IMG/VR virus record: IMGVR_UViG_3300012271_000010
Coordinates: 8,111-72,110 of that record
From: a virus
Reading direction: 5' to 3' (one strand)
DNA: 64,000 nt
Each line of letters opens with the position of its first letter. Position 1 is the stretch's first letter. The notes below the pieces were generated by a model that saw only the letters and a program-made list of their open reading frames with translations, ran no database searches and was not told the origin of the DNA. Shown here in pieces: positions 43,901 through 54,259 of the stretch. The position numbers and the translations under genes are program-made.

Positions 43901-46577
43901 CTTATGTTGGCTCGGCGGATACACAAAAGAATTTACTGATGAACCAGCATTTTTTGATAGTTTCAACAGTCATACTAAAGACAGTGGGATTATAAACAGA
44001 GTAAATGAGCAAGCCGGGAAAAATTCATGGTTCGATTCTTATGAAGATTACTCACAAGACATTCGTTTGATGGGACAAGATATGTCTTTGATTCCTGAAT
44101 TCCGTATGTCAGAACATATGGAGTTTTATGTTGAAACGAACGGAGGAAACTTCAGAAAAAAGAACAATAAATTCCTTTCTATCGACGGAGGAAAAGTGCG
44201 AAATAGCGCTTTGACTGAAAATACAGAATTGGATTTGAACTTCTCAAATGATTATGTTGTTTCGGATAAGATTAGATTTATCGATGGAATCAAAGAAGAA
44301 CATGGAAATATAGCTAAAGTAGCGAACATTTCACTTAAATGTAAAGGCATCAAAAAACTACTTCCTTATAACGGATTTTATCCTATTACTAGAACTTTGC
44401 AACTTGCAAACTTATTCTCTCAATCATATGGTTCTTCTTTTGTTGGAGGTTATGACAAACTAGAGGTATCATCAAGTGCCGCCGTTAATTTTTTATTCGT
44501 TGACACAAATGAATTTATTGAAAATGAAAATAGTAGAATGAAAGCAGCTCTTGCTCCGTTCTTTGCTCCTGGAATTATGTACAATACTATTAAGTCGGGT
44601 ATTGCTGTAGACTTTCCTGTCTATACAGGATCGCTCTCGACCCCGACAGGTGCATTTCAAGTTTACACTTTTCCTCGTAAATACGAATGGGGAATAGTTC
44701 CGAATTATAGATTTCCTTTTGAAGCGATTATTACTCCTAGTGCTTATTTGCCAAGATCTTCTTCAACTGACAGCAGTAAAGTGCAATATCAAAAAGCGGA
44801 TTTCTTTTTTCATACGGGTAATGTTGTTAGTCGAGAGTTCTTCAAATGGACCGGCATCATAAATCCTTTATATGATTTAGCCTCATCTAACTTTTTCGCC
44901 GAAACAGTGAAATTCTTCTTAAAAGATGAGAAGCTAACAACATTTAGCTCAGCAAAAGAAACTGAATGGGGTCAAACTATTTTCAATAGTTCTAAAACCT
45001 ATTATATGGATGTGGTGATTGAAAAAACATCAGATTTAGTAATGATGGAAGCATATAATACTTCTTCTCATTATACTGTAAATCCTGAACCACAATTTGG
45101 AACGTTTGAAGGTCTTGGTACAAAGAATGGTAGATATTTTGGATTTCCGATGTCAACTCAAGGGAATCCTTCTGTTGCTGAGGCTTATGATGATCCTTGT
45201 TATGCTGCTTATACACCACCTTATTTCGAAGGCGCTTCATTTGCGAGAATTTCCTTTTCTCCTACTAGTACTAGAGCTTTTTCGCTAGAAGAGATTTTTG
45301 CAAGTTCATCGATATCATATACCCAAGGAGGTTTTGAGAATATGTCTCAAACTTCAACAGCGTATTCTTCTTCAATGCGTGTTTCTTCATCGGTCAATAT
45401 TTTTGGGGTGTCAAATATTCCAAAGGTGACATACGATGAACAAGGAAATATAATTCAGATTGTGGAAGACCAAAACAAGAGATGGGTTATTTCTTCTAGA
45501 ACGGAAACACCAGTATTAGATTTTTCTTCACAACCATTTGAACAAGATTTACTTTATTCTGCATCGGCTGGTGACGCCCGTCTTGCAGCCACCGGTTCAC
45601 ATGACAATCAGGCTCATGACCCAAATCAGAGTGGATATGGTCGAGGAATGTGGAGTGGTTACGGCACCACGCCCGCTGGAAGCAAAGGAATTTTCCTTAG
45701 ACTGAGAGAGAGTTTTCCCGAACAAAGTGAAAACCCTTCTTCGACAACAGCTTCATTATTGCAAGTTATGAAATTTAGCGAAAACTCTTCACTTGAACAA
45801 AAGATTGGTGAATTGGCTGACGTAAAAGAAATTTCGGAAGCGATCATCGCAATTCCATATGTTAAAACTCCTACTAAGAATACTGTCGAGATCCTTGGCA
45901 AAAACTTTATTAAAATTGATCGTAACATATTCGATTCTCAAAGAGAGAGAATTAAAAAAGGGCAGACCGCTGTTGGAATAGGAGTTCTTTCTAGTAAAGA
46001 GGACATCGCCGAAACTTCGATTTCTAAAATGATTTCAACCATGAATAAACATGTTATGCCGCCACATTATGACTTCTTACAATTTAATGATATTGAACCA
46101 TTTGTGGCTTACACTTTTGAATTTAGGCATAATTTAGACAAGCAGGATTTGGCAGATATCTGGCAAGGGGTGATGCCTAAGATAGCTATTGTTCCAGAAA
46201 AAGATGAGATCGAATTTTCACATCCATCTAACAAATTTGAGTTTTTTCACGGAGAAGAAATGCCGGATGGTTTACGTTGGATGGTATTTAAGGTTAAGAA
46301 GAAGTCTGAAAAGAATTACTTTGCAGTAACAGCAGATTCTTCTGATGATTCTAGATACAGTTTTGACTTCGAAGTTGGTAGAAAAGCTCCTGAATATAGC
46401 TACAATTGGCCATATGATTATTTTTCTCTTGTAGAACTGGCTAATTTAGAAGTTGAAATTGAATATGAAAACAACAATGAAATTGAAAAAATCAGACAAG
46501 GAAATATAAGAGGACTGGATACTCAGCGCCCCGCTTCCAGTCAACGTGGTTCCTCAAATAAAGGCAAGAAAGTATAA
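40938..46577 (+). CDS. very large virion protein with LamG domain
   Basis: FTLSIWF..WHHAVLTFDG..LYLDG..FSGSLSEISIWNDVLT; Ser/Thr-rich. Confidence 0.65.
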   Translation: MSEIFKTKKKLPFSIVSSSVKTGYNSEISSSFRPNIDIANLHGDNYSSYEDAPAQGPFTEAHVGGNKHRHAPLNAGDDDASNRAEAFLINLDTPGELRVYGPETVDTAYPRASMLRGNAAKSPLNLSNIQSTTGSALLGNYKNEYEVLQTSGRTVNNRFIKNDGEIAVLNPITFFVTGAAEYTLPSRENTETNKFIFVERFNAPGGFDVSSRGMLDRAAEEMASNNALPFRNLKVRLSLRNSLSEHTVPATGLSGSLHKVNRNTLRRPSKSDDGTFTPLYDNGYVNHPIPQSDLQYSWITSSAITTMNELLGYQHSGSHLNKAGAFTDISFSVSGSVIDDDTLTDHLNIRGFNKNFHYINKFDKTLEKDRSFFVFDGQTQTFPGAGQHTNAIDLGNTSLWNHSIGTLGSKKFTLSIWFNLTSFSGSVTTPRLFDFSNEMYLALESGSNNRIDVAFMQDTTGVHVSYFTNSGSAPNIDFGTWHHAVLTFDGTQITSSTPPILYLDGAKVLLQNDDSPTGDMSSFASFANCFVGNRRSVSSADLPFSGSLSEISIWNDVLTEEEQGLLYLATKPPNNIGAPLNYREHKIDQQYPSMRRKLVSWWSGSGRHQRNNVISANGGGSPKTGIFIEDVARINNYHAAMGSGVTKQKVGITSLSFNNGPYQHPIWKQIRTGETPVARFLRHANIITVQDEPILKEIVSNGKRRVIKPKRSSTSTSFVEPPVSSKYKPIKHNLMLKGTVNPLLGHEITHTYANNLSMFANKSLNQRLKIDRLDKQMYDRLVEFYLDSDLPEEDNPIARFLNLIYKETIFPKEENTFLGKTRSRQKYILDLSGFSSEGYDKTFGSQRVFWRDHFSDRQRTVNKAINSQGFIISSSLGGTSAYPIDLHSAYLTSSALASSSVQINTGIALTSQEVIKVWNSPSGSGELNAYAFLENNREAFVSSIPAMFYSDTLVDLDFLSNFHHYTQSFGSLMNTTGTFPLTPPRAKYLCWLGGYTKEFTDEPAFFDSFNSHTKDSGIINRVNEQAGKNSWFDSYEDYSQDIRLMGQDMSLIPEFRMSEHMEFYVETNGGNFRKKNNKFLSIDGGKVRNSALTENTELDLNFSNDYVVSDKIRFIDGIKEEHGNIAKVANISLKCKGIKKLLPYNGFYPITRTLQLANLFSQSYGSSFVGGYDKLEVSSSAAVNFLFVDTNEFIENENSRMKAALAPFFAPGIMYNTIKSGIAVDFPVYTGSLSTPTGAFQVYTFPRKYEWGIVPNYRFPFEAIITPSAYLPRSSSTDSSKVQYQKADFFFHTGNVVSREFFKWTGIINPLYDLASSNFFAETVKFFLKDEKLTTFSSAKETEWGQTIFNSSKTYYMDVVIEKTSDLVMMEAYNTSSHYTVNPEPQFGTFEGLGTKNGRYFGFPMSTQGNPSVAEAYDDPCYAAYTPPYFEGASFARISFSPTSTRAFSLEEIFASSSISYTQGGFENMSQTSTAYSSSMRVSSSVNIFGVSNIPKVTYDEQGNIIQIVEDQNKRWVISSRTETPVLDFSSQPFEQDLLYSASAGDARLAATGSHDNQAHDPNQSGYGRGMWSGYGTTPAGSKGIFLRLRESFPEQSENPSSTTASLLQVMKFSENSSLEQKIGELADVKEISEAIIAIPYVKTPTKNTVEILGKNFIKIDRNIFDSQRERIKKGQTAVGIGVLSSKEDIAETSISKMISTMNKHVMPPHYDFLQFNDIEPFVAYTFEFRHNLDKQDLADIWQGVMPKIAIVPEKDEIEFSHPSNKFEFFHGEEMPDGLRWMVFKVKKKSEKNYFAVTADSSDDSRYSFDFEVGRKAPEYSYNWPYDYFSLVELANLEVEIEYENNNEIEKIRQGNIRGLDTQRPASSQRGSSNKGKKV

Positions 46578-47656
46578 TGACTTTTCTTAATAAAAAAGAA
46601 CAGGTTTTAGATATTGAACTCACTCAGCACGGCAAACGCTTATTGTCTCGTGGTAAGCTGAAGCCAGTCTACTATGCTTTTTTTGATGACAATGTCATTT
46701 ACGATTCTAAATATGGTGGATTCGAAGAAAATAGAAACGACGCCGGACAAAGAATCAAAGACGACACACCAACTACTGAAGTCCAATATGTTTTCAGTGG
46801 TATTGAAACTGATATTAAAAAAGCAGTAGCTCAAAAGAGGACTAATATAAGTGCAGGTCTTGACGAAGGTGTCTTGATCCAAGGTACACCAGAAAAGCAC
46901 TATGCCATTTCAGCCCCAATGGGCAATTCTGGTCAAGGTGATATTTTTTCTCCTTCTTGGGGGGTAAGTGTTTTTCAAGGAGAAATCAGTGGAACAATCG
47001 AAGTTGTAACTGGTTCCCAACCGAACACTAAGATTCCTCAAATAAATTTAGAAAACGTAGTATTCAAAACCACTCCTATAACACCTATTAAAGATAGCCC
47101 CGAGGCTCAACAGAATCAACCCTTCGGCGATTTCGGTGACGCCGCCACCGCTACTGTGTCTGATTTAAACTTTGCCTCAAGTCGATTTGAGGACGGTTCT
47201 TTTATACAAATAGAAGAAGACTTTATACTTCTTGAAGTTTCTGAGGAAAACGTCGATAATTTAAGTAAGAATTTCGATATTGAAGTTTTTATTCAAGAGG
47301 TTGACGACATTACAGGGCAGGATGTTTTTATTCCTTTATACTTTGATGTTAAAAAACCCTTAGTTATAAACGATATACTTGTGGACCAAGACGACGACTT
47401 ACCACTAGAAAACCGAGCATTAGATCCTACTTATGTTGATCACTTTTTTCATGTCTATGTAGATGACGAGATTAGTAAAGATGTTCTTTGCAGAAAAGTT
47501 CCTTTATCTGTTCTAGAAGCAAGTTTCCCGGCTGATTTCATAGATTGTGATAAATTTATTGAACCACGTTTAGTTAATAACACTTTAGTAATTGATGCTG
47601 GTGGATTGTACGATAGTGATGTAACTGAAGCTGATATTGATCCAGATTGTGATTAG
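46577..47656 (+). CDS. virion structural protein (N-terminus paralogous to 54260..55168)
   Basis: MTFLNKKEQVLDIELTQHGKRLL..FDDNVIYD vs MGFLDNSGDIILDAVLTDTGRFRL..GDDEIDY. Confidence 0.55.
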   Translation: MTFLNKKEQVLDIELTQHGKRLLSRGKLKPVYYAFFDDNVIYDSKYGGFEENRNDAGQRIKDDTPTTEVQYVFSGIETDIKKAVAQKRTNISAGLDEGVLIQGTPEKHYAISAPMGNSGQGDIFSPSWGVSVFQGEISGTIEVVTGSQPNTKIPQINLENVVFKTTPITPIKDSPEAQQNQPFGDFGDAATATVSDLNFASSRFEDGSFIQIEEDFILLEVSEENVDNLSKNFDIEVFIQEVDDITGQDVFIPLYFDVKKPLVINDILVDQDDDLPLENRALDPTYVDHFFHVYVDDEISKDVLCRKVPLSVLEASFPADFIDCDKFIEPRLVNNTLVIDAGGLYDSDVTEADIDPDCD

Positions 47657-47671
47657 GGAAGGAAAGTTTAG

Positions 47672-50600
47672 ATGGTAACAGTAAATCAAGAAGATCTATT
47701 GGGGGAACTTATTCCTGATGTTTATATTAGGAAGATTACTCTTGAAACATCAGGAACTCCAAATACCGATTCCAATCCGCACATTGATCATAAGAGGGAA
47801 TCTCTTCCTTCAAAAATGCAAAAAGATTCAGATTCACTGATTGTAACGTTAGAACTTTTGATGAAAGAGAAGTTAGACAATGATCTCATCGGAACCTGGT
47901 TTGCCAATCAGGATTTGAACAAATATTTAGAAATAAAAGTATTCCAAAGCACAGATCCTAAAGTTACAGCAATTTTATCAGCTGGAACTGACCTGTTGGA
48001 ACTCGTTGAACCAAATAAGCACGTTCCAGTTACAGACTTGAAGGTTAAATTAGCAGCTACTGTTTTTGAAGTTAGTAATTTTGAAAATGTTTTCGAAAGA
48101 CTGAACAACGAAACAGTTTTTAAAAAATTCAAAGCAAGTAAAGCTGGTACTGGTGTTGAGCCGAAAATTAGCCAATATAAACAAATCGTTGACGATGAAG
48201 GAAATAGAGTTTTCAACATAACTTACCAACAAAGGTTTGAATTAAACGACTCAAACCCAGAACATTTAGCTTATTTTGCTGTTACTTCACTTGATTTAGA
48301 AAAACTTGCTAAAGAATTCGAGATAGATTTCGATTCCATCGGTCTTGAGTCGACTAACGGCAAGATTGCTTCTGATATCGTTATTGATGATTTTAAAGTA
48401 GTGAATAAGAGTTTCACATTTTTAGATCCGCAAGGCAAGATTTGGACAGGATCAGTTCACCAACGTGATGGGGTATTTCGTTCTAATAGCACTGAAACTT
48501 CAAACTCTTTTGATTTAGAACAAGTTTTTGTTTCAAATTCAAAAATACAAGACTTTAGAGATGTGAAAGAAATTGAACGTTTGACTTTAAATCTTGATAA
48601 GTTAGAACGTATTTTCGCCAAGAATAATCTTACTAAAGTTTTGTCGAACGATATCATTGGTCCAACTAATGAATCAAATTATTTTTCCAACATGTTGTTG
48701 TCTCGCGATAAGGACGGCGACGCTAAATTCTTTTTTTCTATCGATTTCAATAAGCTGATAGAAGAAAATGCTATTTTAGGAAATCTGTTTGCTTCTTCTA
48801 ATATGAAAATGAAGAGAGAGATAATTAAAAATGCACACATTCGTTCTTTAAGAATACTGAGAAGAAGAATTGTAAAAAGTAAAGATGTAAATTCTCTTGG
48901 AACTCCTGATTTGGTTAGAGTTTTTGATAAAGAAGAACCTTTGGAGTTAATCGCAATTTCGAGTGAGAAAAGATGGAAGAGTTTTAACCCTTCTAAGTTA
49001 GAAATGGGTTCAATTAAAGAAATTGATTTGACAACTAGAACTAACTCTGAATTAGTTCGCCATTTCACAGGTATGGATTTGTCCATGTCAGAGGTGACTG
49101 ATGGGTTGTATCAATACATCATTGAATTGGAAATAGACGACGCCACAGTTACTTTTTTGAAAGATAAAGTGAAAGAACTTTCATTAGCTAAAAACGTCTT
49201 ATCTTTATATCTGGGAGAGGCAAGTCAACCTTCTATGTCAAAATATCTAGAAGAAGTAAGAAATCCTCATATTGTTCACCCTTCAGAGTTTTCTGGAACA
49301 AAGGGAACGATTGCAGGTGCATTTGATATTCCTTCAAACCGGTTCACACAAAACTTTATCAATGAGCAACGTAGAAAATATGCAGGTCGCATGACGTCGT
49401 CACCTTGGATCTCCTCAGTTGTCACCTACGTTAGTATTTTAGATTTATTGACTGACGCATTTGAAAGTGAATCTTCTCGTCAAAAATTCATAAATTCTTT
49501 ATATTCATATGTTTCTCCAAATACTGGAAATCCAACAGGAATTTCCTCAGTAATAAAATTGATTGATAAATTGATTTCTTCTCTGTCTGGAATAGCGGGT
49601 GTTTCTAACGAAACAACTCCTCGCCCTTTTGATGGCACCACGAAGTCAACTCTACAGAGTCCCATTTTAAACCCAGGAAGAGGAAACAAGAGGACTTTTA
49701 AAGTTTCCAAAGCATTCAATGAAGTTTTTGATAGTAATATCGTAAAAGGAGCTGGACTGGATTATCTCTCTTCTGGAGAAGATGAGACTGAAAATGATGA
49801 TGGTCTTCGTACAATTAAAAACGAGAATTATAAACTTAGAGTTGATTTAGAAACTCTCAAATATTATAAAGATCCAGAACCAAATATAGATTTGTCTTTC
49901 GGAGGTGAACAATTCACAGAAGGTGACAATATCAAAGCAACAAACTTTTCATTTTTGTCTCCTTCTAGAGTTGATTTTTCAAGAAAATCTTTCATCTTGT
50001 CTGAGGGCGGACGTAAAAACTCTTCTGTTAAAACGGCAAAAGATAAAAAACAAAGAGCCATTAAACACATCGATGATATAGAAGCAAGAAAGGAAGATGT
50101 TGCTACAGATATTCTCACCTCTATTTTACTTCAGTCATCGACTGGCTCTCCTATTGATTATAGTTCAAATGAAGTTAAAAGCGAAGTGAAACTAAATCAA
50201 AGAAAAATACGTCATAAATTCGAAAATTATATCTCAAAACAAGTCTCTACAACAATCAAAACTGCAAGAACAAAAACAGTTAAGGATGTAAACGATGACA
50301 CAATTTCTTTGAAATCGATCCGCAAGGTTGAACCATTAGAAACAAAAAATACTTTAGAAGAAGAAAATGAAGATTTTTCTAAGAGTCAAGATGTAACAAT
50401 GCAAGATGAAAGCTTTCCTTTGAATCAATTTTATATTGCGATTTCTAAACCGATGATTCAAAAATCAACACCTCTCTTAGATAAGCTTAGTTTAAGAGAA
50501 CTCAGTGTTGTCTCAACTTCAGGTAGACCAGATGCTGTAAAAACTATACATGGTCTAAATAAAGTGATCACAGAGAATCAGTTAAAATCTCTACCTAATC

Positions 50601-51463
50601 AGTTAAAAGCTGTTTTCCTTCAAACCTCTACCCAGAATGTGCTTAGAGCCTCAAAGATGAATTCGATTAGTATTTCAAATTCTTCAGATAAGAGAAAATA
50701 TTCCGCCTCCGCTATATTAGATTTTGAAATGCTTAGAAAAATAGAGTATTTTACTGGATATGGAAAGAATCAAGAAGAAGAGCTTTTGATAAAAGAGAGG
50801 AACTGGAAGCCACTTACTGATGAAGCAAATAACCTTCTTGTCGGCAACAATATACTATGTCGTTCAATTCCTTATGAAGAAACTTCACTTGGAATTATCC
50901 CTAATAAAGGATTATCTACTATTGTTTATGATGAGTATTTCATTCTTCAGCCTAAATTCAGAGAGATTTTTGAATCTTTTGGAGAAATAGAGATCAATGT
51001 AGCTGTTCCCAAAGAAACGTTTGAGTTAGGTGTTCAAGGAACTACGGTTGCAGCACCAGTATCAATTGTAAATGAAATTCTTGCAACTGATGAAAAGACA
51101 AATAGGTTTGAAGGAGAATTTACTTCGAACAACATAATGATTCAAACTTTATTTTCTGATGCAGCAGAAGAAGCATCCTCTAATATACGCGAAAGCTCTT
51201 CGGCAGTAGACGCATTGAGAAACAGAGCTGGAGACGGTTTTATAGAGGCATTAGGACTTTCAGAAGACCAAGCTCTTATAATGTTAAATTCTATTCCTTC
51301 TAACCTATCTACGGAGACGGAAGTTGTTCAATTTATAGGACAAACATTAGAAGAAGCAAATCTTGTTGATAGTGAAAACGCTTTAAACCTAAACGTCGAT
51401 ACGGTAGATTCAAGAACTATAAGAACATCAATTTCAGATTTGATCAAAAAGAGTAGAAGATAA
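47672..51463 (+). CDS. large hypothetical protein in virion module
   Basis: 1263-aa ORF. Confidence 0.55.
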   Translation: MVTVNQEDLLGELIPDVYIRKITLETSGTPNTDSNPHIDHKRESLPSKMQKDSDSLIVTLELLMKEKLDNDLIGTWFANQDLNKYLEIKVFQSTDPKVTAILSAGTDLLELVEPNKHVPVTDLKVKLAATVFEVSNFENVFERLNNETVFKKFKASKAGTGVEPKISQYKQIVDDEGNRVFNITYQQRFELNDSNPEHLAYFAVTSLDLEKLAKEFEIDFDSIGLESTNGKIASDIVIDDFKVVNKSFTFLDPQGKIWTGSVHQRDGVFRSNSTETSNSFDLEQVFVSNSKIQDFRDVKEIERLTLNLDKLERIFAKNNLTKVLSNDIIGPTNESNYFSNMLLSRDKDGDAKFFFSIDFNKLIEENAILGNLFASSNMKMKREIIKNAHIRSLRILRRRIVKSKDVNSLGTPDLVRVFDKEEPLELIAISSEKRWKSFNPSKLEMGSIKEIDLTTRTNSELVRHFTGMDLSMSEVTDGLYQYIIELEIDDATVTFLKDKVKELSLAKNVLSLYLGEASQPSMSKYLEEVRNPHIVHPSEFSGTKGTIAGAFDIPSNRFTQNFINEQRRKYAGRMTSSPWISSVVTYVSILDLLTDAFESESSRQKFINSLYSYVSPNTGNPTGISSVIKLIDKLISSLSGIAGVSNETTPRPFDGTTKSTLQSPILNPGRGNKRTFKVSKAFNEVFDSNIVKGAGLDYLSSGEDETENDDGLRTIKNENYKLRVDLETLKYYKDPEPNIDLSFGGEQFTEGDNIKATNFSFLSPSRVDFSRKSFILSEGGRKNSSVKTAKDKKQRAIKHIDDIEARKEDVATDILTSILLQSSTGSPIDYSSNEVKSEVKLNQRKIRHKFENYISKQVSTTIKTARTKTVKDVNDDTISLKSIRKVEPLETKNTLEEENEDFSKSQDVTMQDESFPLNQFYIAISKPMIQKSTPLLDKLSLRELSVVSTSGRPDAVKTIHGLNKVITENQLKSLPNQLKAVFLQTSTQNVLRASKMNSISISNSSDKRKYSASAILDFEMLRKIEYFTGYGKNQEEELLIKERNWKPLTDEANNLLVGNNILCRSIPYEETSLGIIPNKGLSTIVYDEYFILQPKFREIFESFGEIEINVAVPKETFELGVQGTTVAAPVSIVNEILATDEKTNRFEGEFTSNNIMIQTLFSDAAEEASSNIRESSSAVDALRNRAGDGFIEALGLSEDQALIMLNSIPSNLSTETEVVQFIGQTLEEANLVDSENALNLNVDTVDSRTIRTSISDLIKKSRR

Positions 51464-54180
51464 TGGCATTTAAGATTACAAAAGATATAATTGATACGGT
51501 TTTGAAGAAAGATTCTAAAGAAGAAAAGAGAAATATCAATAACCCGAAAAAGAAAAACTTAAATCCTCCTGTGAAGATTAATAGTAAGAAATCTGTTAAA
51601 AAAATAGTCCCTGTCTTTGCTGTTGGAAATTTGATTCCTTTAAATCAGGAATTTAAAGCCTTATTGCAAACGGCAGAAGCGATTCCAGAAGATAAATCTG
51701 TCCCTAAAGAACCAAAGAAAGAAGATACTGTTCCCAGTACGGAAGTTTTATCAACTGGTAAGAGGCACTTTTCGATAGATAGCAATGCTTTTGGTTCTAG
51801 AACAAAAGATTTTTTAGCTTCTCCCATTGAAGAAAAGAAATCTTTTTCAACGGATTCTGTTCGCGGAAATTCTGCCAAATATTGGTCAATTGATTCTAAA
51901 GATAAGAATTTCGTCTTTGTAGAAGATGAGCTTGGCTCCTCATCGCGAAGTACAACACCATATGAACTGGATTTTTATACTCCCTATAATTCAAAAGAAG
52001 ATAGCGATTTTGGTCGTACAGAACAATGGGTTTCTATGAAAAGTAATATGAAACTTTTCGAGAATTCAAATAAGAAATTTTCTAAAGATTTTTGGAATTC
52101 GTATATCGCAGGAGGGGAATATAAGGGTACCTCTAAAAGAAGTAAGGGAGAACCTATTTTCTATGATCCTGTCGTTAAAATGAATCAAATATTCTCTGAT
52201 CATTCTTATGAAATGCCTCTTCCATTTACTAATAAAGAGATTGAAGATTTTCAAGTTCCAAGAGGTTCTCTAGTTTCTAAAATTGATCATGAATACAATT
52301 TTTATATTGAGGAATATGAAAATACAATTTCTAGAAAGAAAGAGGTATTAGATAATACGTTACCAAATATGTATGTCTTTATGTCTGAACTTAAAAATGA
52401 AAAACCTAATCCTGAATTTAAAAACTTCATTACTCTTGATGATACCTTGGTAACTGATGAACAATTATCTCGAAATGGTACAAGTCGTAACAAGTTTGAT
52501 ATCAAGACACATCCAATTGGACAGTATTACGATATTTATGCGAGACAGTACACCAATGCTGTAGAGAAGGGCGCTGTAGAGCGTCTGAACAAGAAGTTTT
52601 CGAACATTGTTGTGCCTTTGGAAGAAATTGGATTGTTTAACTCTTTCAACGAAAGTAGTGAGATGTTTCCTATGCTTGTAGATATCACTATTGGTACCGA
52701 CAAGACTACTACTTTCGCTCAAATCCTAAAAGATTCAAAATTAACCAATTCATTTATTACTAGGCTTGTTAATCGACATATTAATTCTAAATCTTCCACA
52801 TTGAGTACTGAAGTTTCAATGGAAACTATTGTACAACGAGATGATGGAACCACAAAGAGAAAAGTATCAAAGTTTGAATCAGTGAATAAAAGGACGTGGG
52901 ATTTAGCAGAACTGGTAGAAGGTCTCCGCCAAGACGAAGAAAAATTAAATAGCAGTTCAGCGATTTTTCTAGGAAATTACGACCAAGAAGCTGAAGCGAA
53001 CAGCGGTCCGCAGTTTAAATTCTTCAAATCATTAATGTTTTCGATTTTTCAAGGAAAGTTTCAAAGTTTAATTAAACAAAAAACCAGAACAATTAAAGAA
53101 GTCATGTCTGGAACCCCAGCTTATTCTGAAACTGTCTTGTATAGAATTTCTAAACATGAAGGAAATTCTAATAGTCAACCAATTCAAAATTTTTGGCTTC
53201 CAAATTCGAACGAAATCGATGTTTTAAGATTTCTTGATACTCAGGTGAAATACTCTAAAAGATATTTTTATAAAGTTTGGGCTTATCAACTTGTAATCGG
53301 GAGTAAGTACTGGTATACGGATTTAGATGTTCAAAGTTACGATCATCACGCATCTTTCAAGACCCATATGGAGCCATCAGTAATGTTGGTTGAAACTTTG
53401 TATTCTGACGCCACTGTGAGAGTAATGGATAAACCTCCAGTACCTCCAGATGTGGACATTATTCCTTACAAAGGAGTTGACAATGAAATTCTCTTCTACT
53501 TGAAGGGTAACGTTGGCGATTTTGAAGCCGAACCGGTCTTAATTCAATCTACAGATCAGGCTATTTTCAACAATATACGAGATTCGCAAAAGAAAGATAT
53601 AGATGAAAAGATTCTCTTTGGATCTGATGATCATCCTTCTACGTTCCAGATATTTAGAATTGAAAATAAACCTAGATCGTATTCTGACTTCACAAACAAT
53701 ATTCGAGCAAGAGTAAATATCGATATATCATTAGAATCTAAACAAAAAGCTACATCAGCTTCTTTTGTAGACTCTGTTTCTCCAAACACTAAATACTATT
53801 ATATTATAAGAACAATAGATATACACGGTCATGTATCAAATCCATCTCCAATTTACGAAGTGGAAATTATTAACGAAAATGGTCTAATTTTTCCTTTGAT
53901 AAAGTGTGTTGATTTTGATAAAGAAAACAATGAGACAAACAAACCAGCACGAAGATTTATACAAATCGTTCCAAATATACTTCAGACACTAATTAATGAA
54001 GAGAAGTCAGGATATGAAGAAGCGGAAACCGCTGAAGACATTAAGAGAAAATTACATCTTGGTGTGACATCAGATGCTGTTTGGGACAAAAGGTTTAAAA
54101 TAAGATTGACTTCTAAATCTACTGGTAAGAAAATTGAGCTGAATTTGGGATTTGAACACAAACACTCAGAGAAAGCTTAA
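51463..54180 (+). CDS. large hypothetical protein in virion module with FN3/Ig-like C-terminal segments
   Basis: FLDTQVKYSKRYFYKV and FVDSVSPNTKYYYIIRTIDIHGHVSNPS patterns. Confidence 0.55.
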   Translation: MAFKITKDIIDTVLKKDSKEEKRNINNPKKKNLNPPVKINSKKSVKKIVPVFAVGNLIPLNQEFKALLQTAEAIPEDKSVPKEPKKEDTVPSTEVLSTGKRHFSIDSNAFGSRTKDFLASPIEEKKSFSTDSVRGNSAKYWSIDSKDKNFVFVEDELGSSSRSTTPYELDFYTPYNSKEDSDFGRTEQWVSMKSNMKLFENSNKKFSKDFWNSYIAGGEYKGTSKRSKGEPIFYDPVVKMNQIFSDHSYEMPLPFTNKEIEDFQVPRGSLVSKIDHEYNFYIEEYENTISRKKEVLDNTLPNMYVFMSELKNEKPNPEFKNFITLDDTLVTDEQLSRNGTSRNKFDIKTHPIGQYYDIYARQYTNAVEKGAVERLNKKFSNIVVPLEEIGLFNSFNESSEMFPMLVDITIGTDKTTTFAQILKDSKLTNSFITRLVNRHINSKSSTLSTEVSMETIVQRDDGTTKRKVSKFESVNKRTWDLAELVEGLRQDEEKLNSSSAIFLGNYDQEAEANSGPQFKFFKSLMFSIFQGKFQSLIKQKTRTIKEVMSGTPAYSETVLYRISKHEGNSNSQPIQNFWLPNSNEIDVLRFLDTQVKYSKRYFYKVWAYQLVIGSKYWYTDLDVQSYDHHASFKTHMEPSVMLVETLYSDATVRVMDKPPVPPDVDIIPYKGVDNEILFYLKGNVGDFEAEPVLIQSTDQAIFNNIRDSQKKDIDEKILFGSDDHPSTFQIFRIENKPRSYSDFTNNIRARVNIDISLESKQKATSASFVDSVSPNTKYYYIIRTIDIHGHVSNPSPIYEVEIINENGLIFPLIKCVDFDKENNETNKPARRFIQIVPNILQTLINEEKSGYEEAETAEDIKRKLHLGVTSDAVWDKRFKIRLTSKSTGKKIELNLGFEHKHSEKA

Positions 54181-54181
54181 A

Positions 54182-54220
54182 TTACTAGTTGAAAGAAGGT
54201 AGAATAACTAGTTAGAAAGA
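54182..54220 (+). promoter_or_regulatory. tandem putative late-promoter motifs (TTACTAGTTG, TAACTAGTTA)
   Basis: direct repeat ACTAGTT(A)GAAAGA in the intergenic gap. Confidence 0.4.
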
Positions 54221-54259
54221 TGCAGTAGAATAAACTATTGCGAAGGAGAACAAAAAGAT

